A stretch of DNA of 64,000 nt from Limnohabitans sp. (GTDB lineage: Bacteria; Pseudomonadota; Gammaproteobacteria; Burkholderiales; Burkholderiaceae_C), in the NCBI GenBank assembly GCA_040401495.1, contig JBBAOI010000009.1. One strand, given 5' to 3'. A program made the translations under genes and the position numbers. Position 1 is the stretch's first letter. Every line of letters starts with the position of its first letter. The notes under the pieces are model-generated. The model made no database searches and had not been told where the DNA came from. It was given only the letters and a program-made list of their open reading frames with translations. Below are positions 34,924 through 44,658 of the stretch, in pieces.

Positions 34924-35822
34924 TTGATTTGTGCCAACCTGTCCTTGGCAGCAGCAGCGGCTTCTGTGGTTGGATATAACTTTAAAAGATCGTTAAAGGT
35001 TTTGCGTGCTTCTTTGGTTTGCTTGATTTCCAATTGTGCATTGCCAACAGTCAACATCGCCTCAGGTGCTCTAACGTGGTTAGGAAAGTCAATGACCAAC
35101 CCTTTGAGCTGGGCAATGGCTTCATTGAAGTCACGACGTGCAAATTTGGCACTGCCTAACCAATACAAAGCGCTGGGTTTATAGCCTGAATCGGAATAGA
35201 CACGAATAAACTGAGCAAATTCTTTGGCGGCTTGGGCAAAGTCACCTTTTCTAAACAGCACAAAGGCTGCTTCGAAGTCGCGTTTTTCTTCGGGTTCGGC
35301 TAGAAACTCAAAACCGTCCACCTGAACATTGACCTTGCTGGACTTGGGTGCCTCTTCCTTAACTGGTGGTGAAGGTGGAGGCGCTTCTTGCTTTGCGAAA
35401 TGAGCATGAATTTTTTGAAAACGCTCTTCAATTTCTATACTGATGTCCTTTTGCGCACGTTGCAAAAGACTTATTTCTCGCAATAACTGCTCGCGTTCGC
35501 CTCGCAAACTTGCGACATCTTGCTTGAGTGAATCAATTTGAGCTTGCAACTGTAAAAGCGGTTGCCGATTGTCTTGTTTGGACTGGTTGAGCTCGACTTC
35601 TACTTGTTTGCGCAGAAGCTCAAGTTGCTTTTGAGATTGATCAAGGGATTTTTGTAGCGTTTGTTCTGAGGCTTGCAATTGTGTTTGTCGCTGGTTTTCA
35701 AGCCGTTGCCGCAAATCTAATATGGCGCGCCTGGCCTCTTCATCTTCAAACAGGGCAGCCTGTGCAGTGGGTGCCAATACACCCAATAAGCACAGATACG
35801 CAACAAGAAGCCAAGATTTCAT
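34920..35822 (-). CDS. cpoB: Tol-Pal system protein CpoB (YbgF)
   Basis: 300-aa ORF with a signal peptide, an N-terminal coiled coil (Q/L/E-rich) and C-terminal TPR repeats (YKPSALYWLGSAKFARRDFNEAI). It follows pal with a 4-nt overlap. Confidence 0.88.
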   Translation of the reverse strand: MKSWLLVAYLCLLGVLAPTAQAALFEDEEARRAILDLRQRLENQRQTQLQASEQTLQKSLDQSQKQLELLRKQVEVELNQSKQDNRQPLLQLQAQIDSLKQDVASLRGEREQLLREISLLQRAQKDISIEIEERFQKIHAHFAKQEAPPPSPPVKEEAPKSSKVNVQVDGFEFLAEPEEKRDFEAAFVLFRKGDFAQAAKEFAQFIRVYSDSGYKPSALYWLGSAKFARRDFNEAIAQLKGLVIDFPNHVRAPEAMLTVGNAQLEIKQTKEARKTFNDLLKLYPTTEAAAAAKDRLAQIK

Positions 35823-36382
35823 CGGTAAAAGAACTCAGCGCGACGATTTTTTGCAAATGCGCTTTCATCAGTACCTTGTACTGAAGGTTTTTCTTTGCCA
35901 AAGCTCACCGACTCCACTTGAGACTCCTGAACACCAAGCAAACTCAGACTTTGGCGAACTGCGTCAGCACGCTTTTGACCCAAGGCAAGGTTGTACTCAC
36001 GACCACCACGTTCATCGGTATGTCCTTCAAGTGAGACTTTCGCCTTGGGGTTGGCTTTGAGAAATTGTGCGTGGGTTTCAATGGTGCTTTGGTACTCTGA
36101 CTTCACCACAAAGCTGTCATAGTCAAAGAAAATCACCTTGGAAACATTGCCCGCAGGACCTGAACTCAAGTTGGAGCTGGCCGAGCTATCAACAGGAACG
36201 ACTGCGGACTTGGCTTCTTTTGCATCTGGAGCGGCTGTGACAGGGGCAGGCATGACGGGGTCAGGGGTTATGGAAACTTTGGCGCCTGATTTATCTTCGA
36301 CTGGCACGTCATTGAGTTTGACACCAGAAGCGCAGCCAGAAATTAGCAGGACAAGTCCCAGTGACAAAAATAATTTTTTCAT
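35819..36382 (-). CDS. pal: Peptidoglycan-associated lipoprotein Pal
   Basis: ORF trimmed to MKKLFLSLGLVLLISGCAS (lipobox). OmpA-like domain LEGHTDERGGREYNLALGQKRA. Confidence 0.93.
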   Translation of the reverse strand: MKKLFLSLGLVLLISGCASGVKLNDVPVEDKSGAKVSITPDPVMPAPVTAAPDAKEAKSAVVPVDSSASSNLSSGPAGNVSKVIFFDYDSFVVKSEYQSTIETHAQFLKANPKAKVSLEGHTDERGGREYNLALGQKRADAVRQSLSLLGVQESQVESVSFGKEKPSVQGTDESAFAKNRRAEFFYR

Positions 36383-36398
36383 GAAATCTCCAGATGAA

Positions 36399-37673
36399 TC
36401 AAGGTTTGAGAAAAGGGCCCCAATGGGGTTCTCGCATGTTGGAAGTTTGTCCAGCGAGTCTGGCGCGTATTTTGCCATCTAAAGTTGTCGTCATCAGGGA
36501 CTCTCGTCCTTGCGATTGGGTTGAGTACATAATTAGTTTACCGTTTGGAGCAAACGTGGGTCGTTCATCTGCGTTCGTGTCTGTCAAAGGCACAACTTTA
36601 TCGTTGATCAAATCCATGATGTGGAGTTTGTAGGCAGACCCCACACGAGAGATAAATGCCAGCCATCGTCCATCAGGACTCAGGCTGGGTGAAATGTTGT
36701 AACTGCCCGTGAAAGTAACTCTTTGCACCGGACCTCCGGTGGCGGGGGTTCTGTAAATTTGCGGCGAGCCGCCACGGTCACTGACAAAATAAATTGCTGA
36801 ACCATCAGAACTGAAAATTGGTTCGGTATCTATGCCGTTGGACTGCGTGAGTCGTTTGGGCTCACCGCCCTTGGCGTTAATTAAAAATAACTGTGAGCCA
36901 CCATCACGGCTCAAAGTAATGGCAAGACTATTGCCATCAGGCGACCAAGCAGGCGCACTGTTGGAGCCTTTGAAATTGGCAAGCACTCTTCGCTTACCAG
37001 AAGCAATATCGTGCACATAGACGACGGGTTTGCGAGACTCAAAAGACACATAGGCCAATTCGTTGCCGCTGGGTGACCAACTGGGCGAAATAATGGGCTC
37101 TTGACTGGTCAAAGCGGCTTGCGGATTCTCGCCATCAGCATCTGCGACCCAGAGCAAATGTTTGGGGCCTTGCTTAGTGATGTAAGCGATACGGGTTGAG
37201 AAAATACCTTTATCACCCGTCAGTTTTTCATAAACGTGGTCGGCGATGCGATGCGAAACCAAGCGCAAGTCTGCGGGGACAACCACATAGCTTTGCCCGC
37301 CCATGTCTTGACCCTTAACAGTGTCCCATAGACGAAAACGAACATCGAACCGACCGTCAGCCATTCGTGAAATACTGCCTGTTAAAAGAGCGTCTGCAGG
37401 CTTTTGCCGAATAGGTTCAAAGTCGGGGCGAGTAACTTCATCAATGACCATGCCAGCAGGTGTACTACGAAATTGCCCACTGCGATCAAGGTCAGCAGAC
37501 ACAATTTGGGTGATTTTTTGAGGGGCGTTGTCTTCACCGCGGAAGTTGGCTATGGCGATGGGAATTTGTGTCACGCCAACGCCAGAAATTTCAACCCTGA
37601 AATCTGCTTGGGCTGGTACAGACCATAAAAAAGTCAAGAGGATCAGTCCAAGAGAGGAAAATAAAGAAGTCAT
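36399..37673 (-). CDS. tolB: Tol-Pal system beta-propeller protein TolB
   Basis: ORF trimmed to MTSLFSSLGLILLTFLWSVPAQA (ATG 37673, ATGA overlap with the upstream stop). Repeated propeller blades are SPSWSPSGNELAYVS, APAWSPDGNSLAI, EPIFSSDGSAIYFVSDR and SPSLSPDGRWLAFIS. Confidence 0.93.
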   Translation of the reverse strand: MTSLFSSLGLILLTFLWSVPAQADFRVEISGVGVTQIPIAIANFRGEDNAPQKITQIVSADLDRSGQFRSTPAGMVIDEVTRPDFEPIRQKPADALLTGSISRMADGRFDVRFRLWDTVKGQDMGGQSYVVVPADLRLVSHRIADHVYEKLTGDKGIFSTRIAYITKQGPKHLLWVADADGENPQAALTSQEPIISPSWSPSGNELAYVSFESRKPVVYVHDIASGKRRVLANFKGSNSAPAWSPDGNSLAITLSRDGGSQLFLINAKGGEPKRLTQSNGIDTEPIFSSDGSAIYFVSDRGGSPQIYRTPATGGPVQRVTFTGSYNISPSLSPDGRWLAFISRVGSAYKLHIMDLINDKVVPLTDTNADERPTFAPNGKLIMYSTQSQGRESLMTTTLDGKIRARLAGQTSNMREPHWGPFLKP

Positions 37674-38425
37674 TGCTTTCCTTGGTTCAAACAATACAAA
37701 GTAAAGTATTTGCCATAGGCCGCCTGCCCTTGCAGGATACAAACGGCCAGACCCATGGCGCCATCCAAAAATCCCAAGCGAAAAATATAGCTTTTGATAA
37801 ATGCGACAAGACCTGAGCCGACCGCACGAGACATGGTGGTGGTGTGACCTTGCGCAAATTTTTGTGCGGCCCAAGCTTGGCTGTAAACCTGCAATTTGCG
37901 CCAATAGGATTGGGCGCAGGGATAACTGAAATGAAGCAGGGACTGCTTAAGTCTGCCCCTAGGTTGGCCTTGAAGTGAAAGAACTTTTTCATGAACCACA
38001 TCATCGCTGAAGCGGGCTGTGTGTCTTTGAAACAATCGCGTCACTCGGTCAGGCCGCCAACCACAGTGATGTATCCACTGGCCGCAAAAATTGGTCAATC
38101 TAGGAATATCGTAAAGCGAAAAGCTTGGCTGAGATAAAGTTTGTTGAATTTCCAAAGACAATTTGACAGACACACGCTCATCTGCGTCCAAAGACAAGAC
38201 CCAGTCGTGACTGGCAAAACCCAAGGCTTTATTTTTTTGCGGACCAAAGCCCTCCCAACTGTCAGCTATAAAGACTTTGGCGCCTAGATTTTGAGCTAAT
38301 GAAACAGTGTCATCTGTGCTTTGACCATCCAGCACAATCACTTCATCTGCAAATGCAACGCTTTCGATACAGGCCACAATATTGGCGCTTTCATTGCGTG
38401 TAATGATGATGACACTCAAAGGCAT
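37670..38425 (-). CDS. Family 2 glycosyltransferase (LPS core type, WaaE/KdtX-like)
   Basis: 251-aa ORF with motifs VIIITRNESANI, VLDGQSTDDT and LSLDADE (DxD). Confidence 0.82.
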   Translation of the reverse strand: MPLSVIIITRNESANIVACIESVAFADEVIVLDGQSTDDTVSLAQNLGAKVFIADSWEGFGPQKNKALGFASHDWVLSLDADERVSVKLSLEIQQTLSQPSFSLYDIPRLTNFCGQWIHHCGWRPDRVTRLFQRHTARFSDDVVHEKVLSLQGQPRGRLKQSLLHFSYPCAQSYWRKLQVYSQAWAAQKFAQGHTTTMSRAVGSGLVAFIKSYIFRLGFLDGAMGLAVCILQGQAAYGKYFTLYCLNQGKQ

Positions 38426-38490
38426 ACTGCGATTCTAACCAAGCGAGGTTTCAGTATCGTCATAATCCGAAAAAAGTTTTTTAACAAAAC

Positions 38491-40233
38491 ATGACCACTC
38501 AGCCTCGTATTCGGCATCGACTTGTTCGTGCATTTGCCCATTTCACCCATCCTATCAGCGCATGGGTGGTGACGGCTGTATGCGTGTTGCTGGTGTCTGT
38601 CACAGAGCCCTTGATCCCAGCCTTGCTCAAACCGCTGCTCGACAAAGGTTTTGCACAAAATGATTTTCCAATATGGCAAGTACCGATAGCCTTGATTGGA
38701 CTTTTCGGTTTGCGCGGTTTGGGCGTCTTCCTCAGTCAGGTGGCCATGGCCAAAGCCACCAACCATGGTTTGATCCAATTGCGAATGAAGATGTTTGCAA
38801 GGTTACAAAATGCGGATTTGGCTTTATTCAAGCAGCAAACCGCCAGTGCACTGGGAAATACCCTTGTTTTTGAAGTCCAAAACGGGGCGCAGCTGATGGT
38901 GAGTTCGCTAATGAGTTTGGTGCGCGATAGCTTGACCTTGCTCGCCTTGGTGGCCTACCTTCTTTATTTAAATTGGCAGCTCAGTTTGATTGTGGCCTTG
39001 CTGTTTCCAGCGGTGGCTTGGTTGATGAAAGCCTTGAGTACACGCTTGTACCAAATCACGCGAGACACGCAAGCAGCCACCGACGAGCTGGCCTATGTGG
39101 TTGAAGAGACCTCATTGGCTTACAGAGAAATACGGCTTCATCAAGCCCAGTCCATGCAAATCAGTCGTTTTGAAATTTTGGCAAAAACGCTTCAGCGCTT
39201 GGCCATGAAGACATCTGTTGCCAGCTCGAGCATGACCCCCATGACACAGATTTTGTCTGCTATCGCTTTATCAGGCGTGATCAGCGTGGCTTTGTTACAA
39301 AGCCACCAAACCGGCATGACTGTGGGTGGGTTTGCTGCATTTGTCACTGCGATGTTGATGTTGATTGCCCCAATCAAACACCTGTCAGAAATCACTGGCC
39401 CGCTTACACGTGGTCTAGCAGCGCTAGAACGCGGTTTTGAATTGATTGAAGACACGCCCTTAGAAAGTGGGGGCAGTCACCAATCGCTTAGGGCACGCGG
39501 CCATATCCAGTTGGAAAACATCTCTGTGAAGTACCAGTCTGATATGCCGTGGGCTTTACGGCATATTGACTTGAATATCAACCCAGGCGAAACGTTTGCC
39601 TTGGTGGGCTCGTCTGGCTCAGGTAAAACCACGTTGGCCAATGTGTTGCTTCGTTTTGTCAGTATCTCTGAAGGCAAAGTTTGCCTTGATGGAATACCTC
39701 TTGAGGACTGGGATTTGCTTTCATTACGCAAGCAATTTGCCTTGGTAAGCCAAAACGTGGTGGTTTTGAATGACAGCCTAGCTGCAAATGTTGCTTTGGG
39801 TCAAACACCGGACGAGCAACGGGTAATTGCCTGCCTGCAAGCCGCGCATTTGGGCGATTACCTTGCTAGCTTGCCCCACAATATTCATACCTTGGTTGGT
39901 CATAATGCATCTTCCTTGTCTGGTGGACAACGGCAACGCTTAGCAATTGCAAGAGCCCTGTACAAAGACGCACCAGTGCTTATTTTGGATGAAGCCACTT
40001 CAGCGCTGGATAACGAGTCTGAGCGTTTGGTGCAAGATGCACTTCAAAGTCTGCAAAAAAACCGGACGACCTTGGTTATTGCCCACCGGTTAACCACCAT
40101 TGAAAAAGCCGATTGCATTATTGTGATGGAGCAAGGCCGCATTGTTGAGCAGGGAACACACCAACAGTTGCTACAAGCGCAAGGTGCTTATGCAGCCATG
40201 TTCAAACACAGTCAATCGGCTGTTTTGTCGTAA
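38491..40233 (+). CDS. msbA: Lipid A export ATP-binding/permease protein MsbA
   Basis: 580-aa half-transporter with an N-terminal six-helix domain. NBD motifs are Walker A GSSGSGKTT, signature LSGGQRQRLAIARA and Walker B ILILDEATSALD. It lies in an LPS gene context. Confidence 0.88.
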   Translation: MTTQPRIRHRLVRAFAHFTHPISAWVVTAVCVLLVSVTEPLIPALLKPLLDKGFAQNDFPIWQVPIALIGLFGLRGLGVFLSQVAMAKATNHGLIQLRMKMFARLQNADLALFKQQTASALGNTLVFEVQNGAQLMVSSLMSLVRDSLTLLALVAYLLYLNWQLSLIVALLFPAVAWLMKALSTRLYQITRDTQAATDELAYVVEETSLAYREIRLHQAQSMQISRFEILAKTLQRLAMKTSVASSSMTPMTQILSAIALSGVISVALLQSHQTGMTVGGFAAFVTAMLMLIAPIKHLSEITGPLTRGLAALERGFELIEDTPLESGGSHQSLRARGHIQLENISVKYQSDMPWALRHIDLNINPGETFALVGSSGSGKTTLANVLLRFVSISEGKVCLDGIPLEDWDLLSLRKQFALVSQNVVVLNDSLAANVALGQTPDEQRVIACLQAAHLGDYLASLPHNIHTLVGHNASSLSGGQRQRLAIARALYKDAPVLILDEATSALDNESERLVQDALQSLQKNRTTLVIAHRLTTIEKADCIIVMEQGRIVEQGTHQQLLQAQGAYAAMFKHSQSAVLS

Positions 40234-41294
40234 GCGAGCAGGGTTGACACAGCCGATACAAATGAATCAACACTTGGTTGAATCAAGCGCAGACACCATG
40301 CTTCGTTATGAAACGAGGTCACTTCTGGATATGTGAACCAAACCAGCGTAGGTTTGCGCAAAGCAACCGCCATATGGTAGGGGCCAGAGTCAGTTGAAAC
40401 AAAAACATCACAAGCATCGATCAGACCGGTTGAACTGCTCAACGTGGTTTCACCTGCTGCATCCACGATATGAAGATCTTGCAGGTGTATTTCCCTCAAA
40501 TGCGTCATAAATGCTTGGTTCACATCTTTTTCAAAAGGTGCGCCACTTAAAAGAATATTGGCAGGGTAAAGCTTCAAAAGGTGATGAAAGCATTGGGCCA
40601 AATGTTTCAAATTGGGGCGTTTGACCATGGCGTCTGCTGTGCCACAACCGATGTTCAAACCAATCACGGGCAAATCATTGTGAAAACGATGTTGGTGAAA
40701 AGCTTGCCACGCCCTGCCCTCGTCTGTGACTTGCATTTCAATGGGGGTGGTTAAGCGCTCTAAGCCAAGCGCTTGCAAAGCCACAAAGTCGCGATTGGTG
40801 TAATCCATGGGCAAAGTCAGTGCATGGCTTTGTGCGAATTCACGCACACTCGGCGAGGACTTTTCATAGAAAAAAGAACGCAAGGGAAACTGTGCAACAC
40901 CTACAGTGGATGCGTCCACAGCCCTGCCAGCTAACCAAGTGAGTGCCGAGGTTTTGATGCCGTATGGCTCGAAATCAATCACCATATCTGGTTTAACCTC
41001 GTGGCAAATTCTTCGCAGCGAGGCCCAGATCGACCAGAAGGAGGCCCTTTTGCCATTTGCGTCTGACGGGTCTTTATCACGCACCGTGATGAAATGCGCA
41101 CTTTCCAACAAAAAATGTTGCGCTATCAGAGCTTCAGTTGGGTAACCAGGATGTTTACTTAAAAAAACCAAATGCAACTGAACCTTCGGCCATCGGTTTT
41201 TCAATACACGCCAAGCCGCAGAACTGCGCAGCAAGTCGCCCACCCCTAGACTGTGGGACTTGATCATCACAATCGAGCGCGGGTCTGTATTCAC
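40212..41294 (-). CDS. Family 9 glycosyltransferase (LPS heptosyltransferase family)
   Basis: 360-aa ORF of GT9 type: N-terminal GVGDLLRSSAAWRVLKNRWP and C-terminal VSTDSGPYHMAVALRKPTLVWF. Specificity is not assignable. Confidence 0.78.
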   Translation of the reverse strand: MNTDPRSIVMIKSHSLGVGDLLRSSAAWRVLKNRWPKVQLHLVFLSKHPGYPTEALIAQHFLLESAHFITVRDKDPSDANGKRASFWSIWASLRRICHEVKPDMVIDFEPYGIKTSALTWLAGRAVDASTVGVAQFPLRSFFYEKSSPSVREFAQSHALTLPMDYTNRDFVALQALGLERLTTPIEMQVTDEGRAWQAFHQHRFHNDLPVIGLNIGCGTADAMVKRPNLKHLAQCFHHLLKLYPANILLSGAPFEKDVNQAFMTHLREIHLQDLHIVDAAGETTLSSSTGLIDACDVFVSTDSGPYHMAVALRKPTLVWFTYPEVTSFHNEAWCLRLIQPSVDSFVSAVSTLLAYDKTAD

Positions 41295-42439
41295 TGTGCA
41301 GCCAGTTTTTGAAATAAGTCGTCGTATTGCTTTGCTGAATCTGACCAGAGGTGGTGCATAGAAAAATCAAGCGCAGCTTCTTGATGCTGGGCATAGGTTG
41401 CGGGCTCAGACAATTTCAAAACAGCTGCGGCAAGTGCGTTCACGTCTAAGGGGTCGGGCAAGATCATTGCATTAACCTCATTTTGCAAATCAGCAGCAAC
41501 ACCACAATATTTTGCTTGGCTTACCACTACGGGCAGTCCAAAAGACATGGCTTCAAGAACAACCATGCCAAAAGTGTCTTCTAGCGAAGGGTGAAGCAAT
41601 ATATCTGAACCAGCATAGACTTCCTCCATATTGCTGATAACGCCTAAGTAGCGAACCCGATCTGCCATACCCAGGCGAACCAAGCTGTCTTGCCATGGCT
41701 TGGTGGGAGTGGCTTTACCGACAACCAGCAAGCTGTATGAATTATCGAGCGTTGCCAACACTGCCAATACTGTGTCAAGATTCTTTTTGACGGCGTCATT
41801 GCCCACCCACAATAAAACTTTGGAAGACTTAGCGTTCACCTTTAAAACTGATGCAGAGCCAATTGCATGCCCAGTTGAACGTGGGTAAATGCCTGGTGAA
41901 ATACTCAGTAACTGCGCTTGCGGTATGGGCGGTTGCATATTTTGCAAACGCTGTTTCAAAGGTTTTGACACAGCCACCCAAAATCGCTTTGGTTGCAATC
42001 GAAAACGAAAAAACTCTAAGGCGGTATAAGTCCATAAACGAGCACTGGTCAAGTATTTAAACCCATTGTGCAAGCGTTGAAGAAAAGTTAAATCTTCCAT
42101 TGATTTGCAACGCATCGGCAAGACATGAACGGTTTGAACCTGTCCATGCCAAGTGTTTTCATGGGAATGCACAATATCAAAACCGCGCCGAGTAAGCCAC
42201 CATGTGGCCAAGGCGAACCACAATTGGTTCAGCCATCGGGGACGTTTGAAAAACAAAGGAATGGGATGGTAAGTCACTGTGTCCAACGCGCGGTCCATCT
42301 CTTGGGCAAAGACATGGACATCATGCATTTGCGCCAAAGCCACAGCGATTGCCACCGCATAGGCCTCTGCACCTCCCGCATCTCGGCGAAAGGTTCGGTG
42401 TAACACAGCGATTTTCAAGCGAGACCTTGCCATAGCCAT
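41291..42439 (-). CDS. Family 4 (GT-B, group 1) glycosyltransferase
   Basis: 382-aa ORF with EX7E region LHPSLEDTFGMVVLEAMSFGLPVVV. Confidence 0.82.
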   Translation of the reverse strand: MAMARSRLKIAVLHRTFRRDAGGAEAYAVAIAVALAQMHDVHVFAQEMDRALDTVTYHPIPLFFKRPRWLNQLWFALATWWLTRRGFDIVHSHENTWHGQVQTVHVLPMRCKSMEDLTFLQRLHNGFKYLTSARLWTYTALEFFRFRLQPKRFWVAVSKPLKQRLQNMQPPIPQAQLLSISPGIYPRSTGHAIGSASVLKVNAKSSKVLLWVGNDAVKKNLDTVLAVLATLDNSYSLLVVGKATPTKPWQDSLVRLGMADRVRYLGVISNMEEVYAGSDILLHPSLEDTFGMVVLEAMSFGLPVVVSQAKYCGVAADLQNEVNAMILPDPLDVNALAAAVLKLSEPATYAQHQEAALDFSMHHLWSDSAKQYDDLFQKLAAQ

Positions 42440-42445
42440 GCTGAC

Positions 42446-43183
42446 CTAAGCAAGTCTTTTACTGTCTTCATAGCGTGTCAACACTTTAAGAAGAAATTGA
42501 ATCGGGTTTGTTGAGCGAACCACGGGAACCCTTGGAAGCGCAGTCATTCTGTCAGTTGAACATGCCCTGCCCCGATAGGTAGTGGTAGCAGCCACATAAC
42601 CCGCTTGTGATACCAAGACTTCATGCTCAGGAGAAAAATGGCCATAGGGGTAGCAAAATTGTGTCACTGATTTTTGCAAAAGGTTCTCTAGATCGCTTTT
42701 GCTTTGGTGCAATTCATTGCTCGCTTCAGCTAAGGAAAGTTGGTTTAAGTTCGCATGACTACATGTATGCGAACCCACTTCCATACCCGCATCCACCCAT
42801 GTACGCATCTCCTGAACACTCATCAAGGCAGCTTGGGCGATACCAAGCGCAGCATCCCACTCGTTATGCTGACCAAGCCTTCCGCTCACAAGATAGCAAG
42901 TGGCGCTAAAGCCATGGCTTTTTAAAATGGGAAGCGCTTGCAGGGCATTGCTTTGGTAGCCATCATCAAGCGTGATACCCACCACCTTGCCTATTTTTTC
43001 GCCACGCAAATAAGGCATCAGGTCTGACATCGCCAACCCCTTGTAGCCAAGTCGGGCAAGCCAATGCATTTGTGTCGAAAAAGAAGATGGCGATACCCAT
43101 AGACTGCGCATCGGAAAACCCCTTGGTGGGGCTTGCTCAATATGGTGATAAGTCAATATGGGAATGCTGTGGGCAGATGTCAT
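42446..43183 (-). CDS. Polysaccharide deacetylase (NodB homology domain)
   Basis: 245-aa ORF with NodB motifs ITLDDGY and GSHTCSH. Its ATG overlaps the rng stop. Confidence 0.8.
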   Translation of the reverse strand: MTSAHSIPILTYHHIEQAPPRGFPMRSLWVSPSSFSTQMHWLARLGYKGLAMSDLMPYLRGEKIGKVVGITLDDGYQSNALQALPILKSHGFSATCYLVSGRLGQHNEWDAALGIAQAALMSVQEMRTWVDAGMEVGSHTCSHANLNQLSLAEASNELHQSKSDLENLLQKSVTQFCYPYGHFSPEHEVLVSQAGYVAATTTYRGRACSTDRMTALPRVPVVRSTNPIQFLLKVLTRYEDSKRLA

Positions 43184-44658
43184 AGCAACACAATGTTGTA
43201 GTCTTCTGGCCCCATGCCTACTTCAGTCATCAAAGAAATAGGTTTTCGAATAAAGTCACTCAGCCCTGCCAAATGATGGTTTTCTTCTTCTTGGAGCAAA
43301 TCGACCACGGCAGGTGAGGCCAGTACGCGAAATTCATGGGGATTGAATTGCCGAGCCTCTCGCAAGATCTCACGCAATATGTTGTAGGCCACACTGCGTG
43401 CCGAGTTGACAATACCGCGACCTTGGCAGCTCGCACATGGTTGACACAATAAATGTGCCAGCGACTCTCTGGTTCGCTTGCGAGTCATCTCTACCAAACC
43501 TAATGGTGAAAAACTGCTCACCGATGTCTTGACGCGATCTTTGGCAAGTTGCTTAGAAAACTCACCAAGCACGGCCGCTTGGTGGTCTTGCCTTTGCATA
43601 TCAATGAAGTCAATGACGATCATGCCACCCAAATTGCGCAATCGCAATTGACGTGCAATAGCGACGGCCGCTTCCAAATTGGTTTTGAAAATAGTTTCAT
43701 CAAAACTTTTGGCGCCCACAAAGCCACCGGTATTCACGTCCACTGTGGTCATGGCCTCGGTTTGGTCAATGATTAAGTAGCCACCCGATTTCAGATCAAC
43801 TCTTCGCCCCAAGGCCAAAGCAATATCTTGATCGATACTGAATAAATCGAAAATAGGTCGCTCACCTTTGTAGTGAACCAGTTTGTCAACAGACGATGGC
43901 ATGAATTCTTTGCCAAAAGCCATCATCATTTCAAATTGCTCGCGTGAGTCGATGCGAATAGTTTGGGTACCGTCAGATACAAAATCACGCAGCACCCTTT
44001 GCAAAAGATTCAAATCTTGGTAAAGCATGGACTTGGCAGCTTGGTTAAGGCTAGCTACACGAATGCGCTCCCAAGTTTTTCGCAAATAAGCAATATCCTC
44101 GCTGAGTTCTTGGTCAGTGGCATCTTCCCCGTTGGTGCGAAGAATATATCCACCTTTGGCTTCGCTTTGGTGCGCCAGTCTCGACAATCTCTCTCGCAAA
44201 ACCTGACGTTGCTCGGTAGGTATTTTTTGCGAAACACCAATGTGATCATCTTGCGGCAAAAACACCAGCAACCGCCCTGCAATACTGATTTGGGCAGACA
44301 GACGAGCGCCTTTGGTACCCATAGGGTCTTTCATCACCTGTACCAATATCGATTGACCTTCAAAGACCTGCTTTTCAATGGGTACAACAGGCTGAGGTGC
44401 AACATCGGGGTCCGCATGCTTGGCATTCACACTGCTCATCAAATCAGCAACATGCAAAAACGCGGTGCGCTCTAAACCAATGTCAATAAATGCAGACTGC
44501 ATACCGGGCAACACCCGAACGACCTTGCCAAGATAGACATTACCGACCAACCCACGCTCAAGTGAGCGCTCTATATGCACTTCTTGCAAGGCGCCGTTTT
44601 CTATCACCGCTACGCGGCTCTCATGCGGTGCCCAGTTGATGAGGATGTCTTGTTGCAT
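43180..44658 (-). CDS. rng: Ribonuclease G
   Basis: 492-aa ORF with an N-terminal S1 domain (GNVYLGKVVRVLPGMQSAFIDIG) and an RNase E/G catalytic core (TTVDVNTGGF, MIVIDFIDM, GLVEMTRKR). Confidence 0.92.
   Translation of the reverse strand: MQQDILINWAPHESRVAVIENGALQEVHIERSLERGLVGNVYLGKVVRVLPGMQSAFIDIGLERTAFLHVADLMSSVNAKHADPDVAPQPVVPIEKQVFEGQSILVQVMKDPMGTKGARLSAQISIAGRLLVFLPQDDHIGVSQKIPTEQRQVLRERLSRLAHQSEAKGGYILRTNGEDATDQELSEDIAYLRKTWERIRVASLNQAAKSMLYQDLNLLQRVLRDFVSDGTQTIRIDSREQFEMMMAFGKEFMPSSVDKLVHYKGERPIFDLFSIDQDIALALGRRVDLKSGGYLIIDQTEAMTTVDVNTGGFVGAKSFDETIFKTNLEAAVAIARQLRLRNLGGMIVIDFIDMQRQDHQAAVLGEFSKQLAKDRVKTSVSSFSPLGLVEMTRKRTRESLAHLLCQPCASCQGRGIVNSARSVAYNILREILREARQFNPHEFRVLASPAVVDLLQEEENHHLAGLSDFIRKPISLMTEVGMGPEDYNIVLL

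Noticed and set aside
36399-37904. N-terminal extensions of maximal ORFs in the track. Affected genes are tolB (+77 aa), clpA (+55), pal (+32), rsfS (+31), selO (+30), icd (+23), hemF, xseA and lexA (+21 each), livG (+18) and purL (+18).
   Set aside because: The extensions have no family counterpart. They often overlap the upstream gene or the opposite-strand start. Internal starts restore canonical N-termini, signal peptides or ATGA coupling. Features are reported with the trimmed starts.
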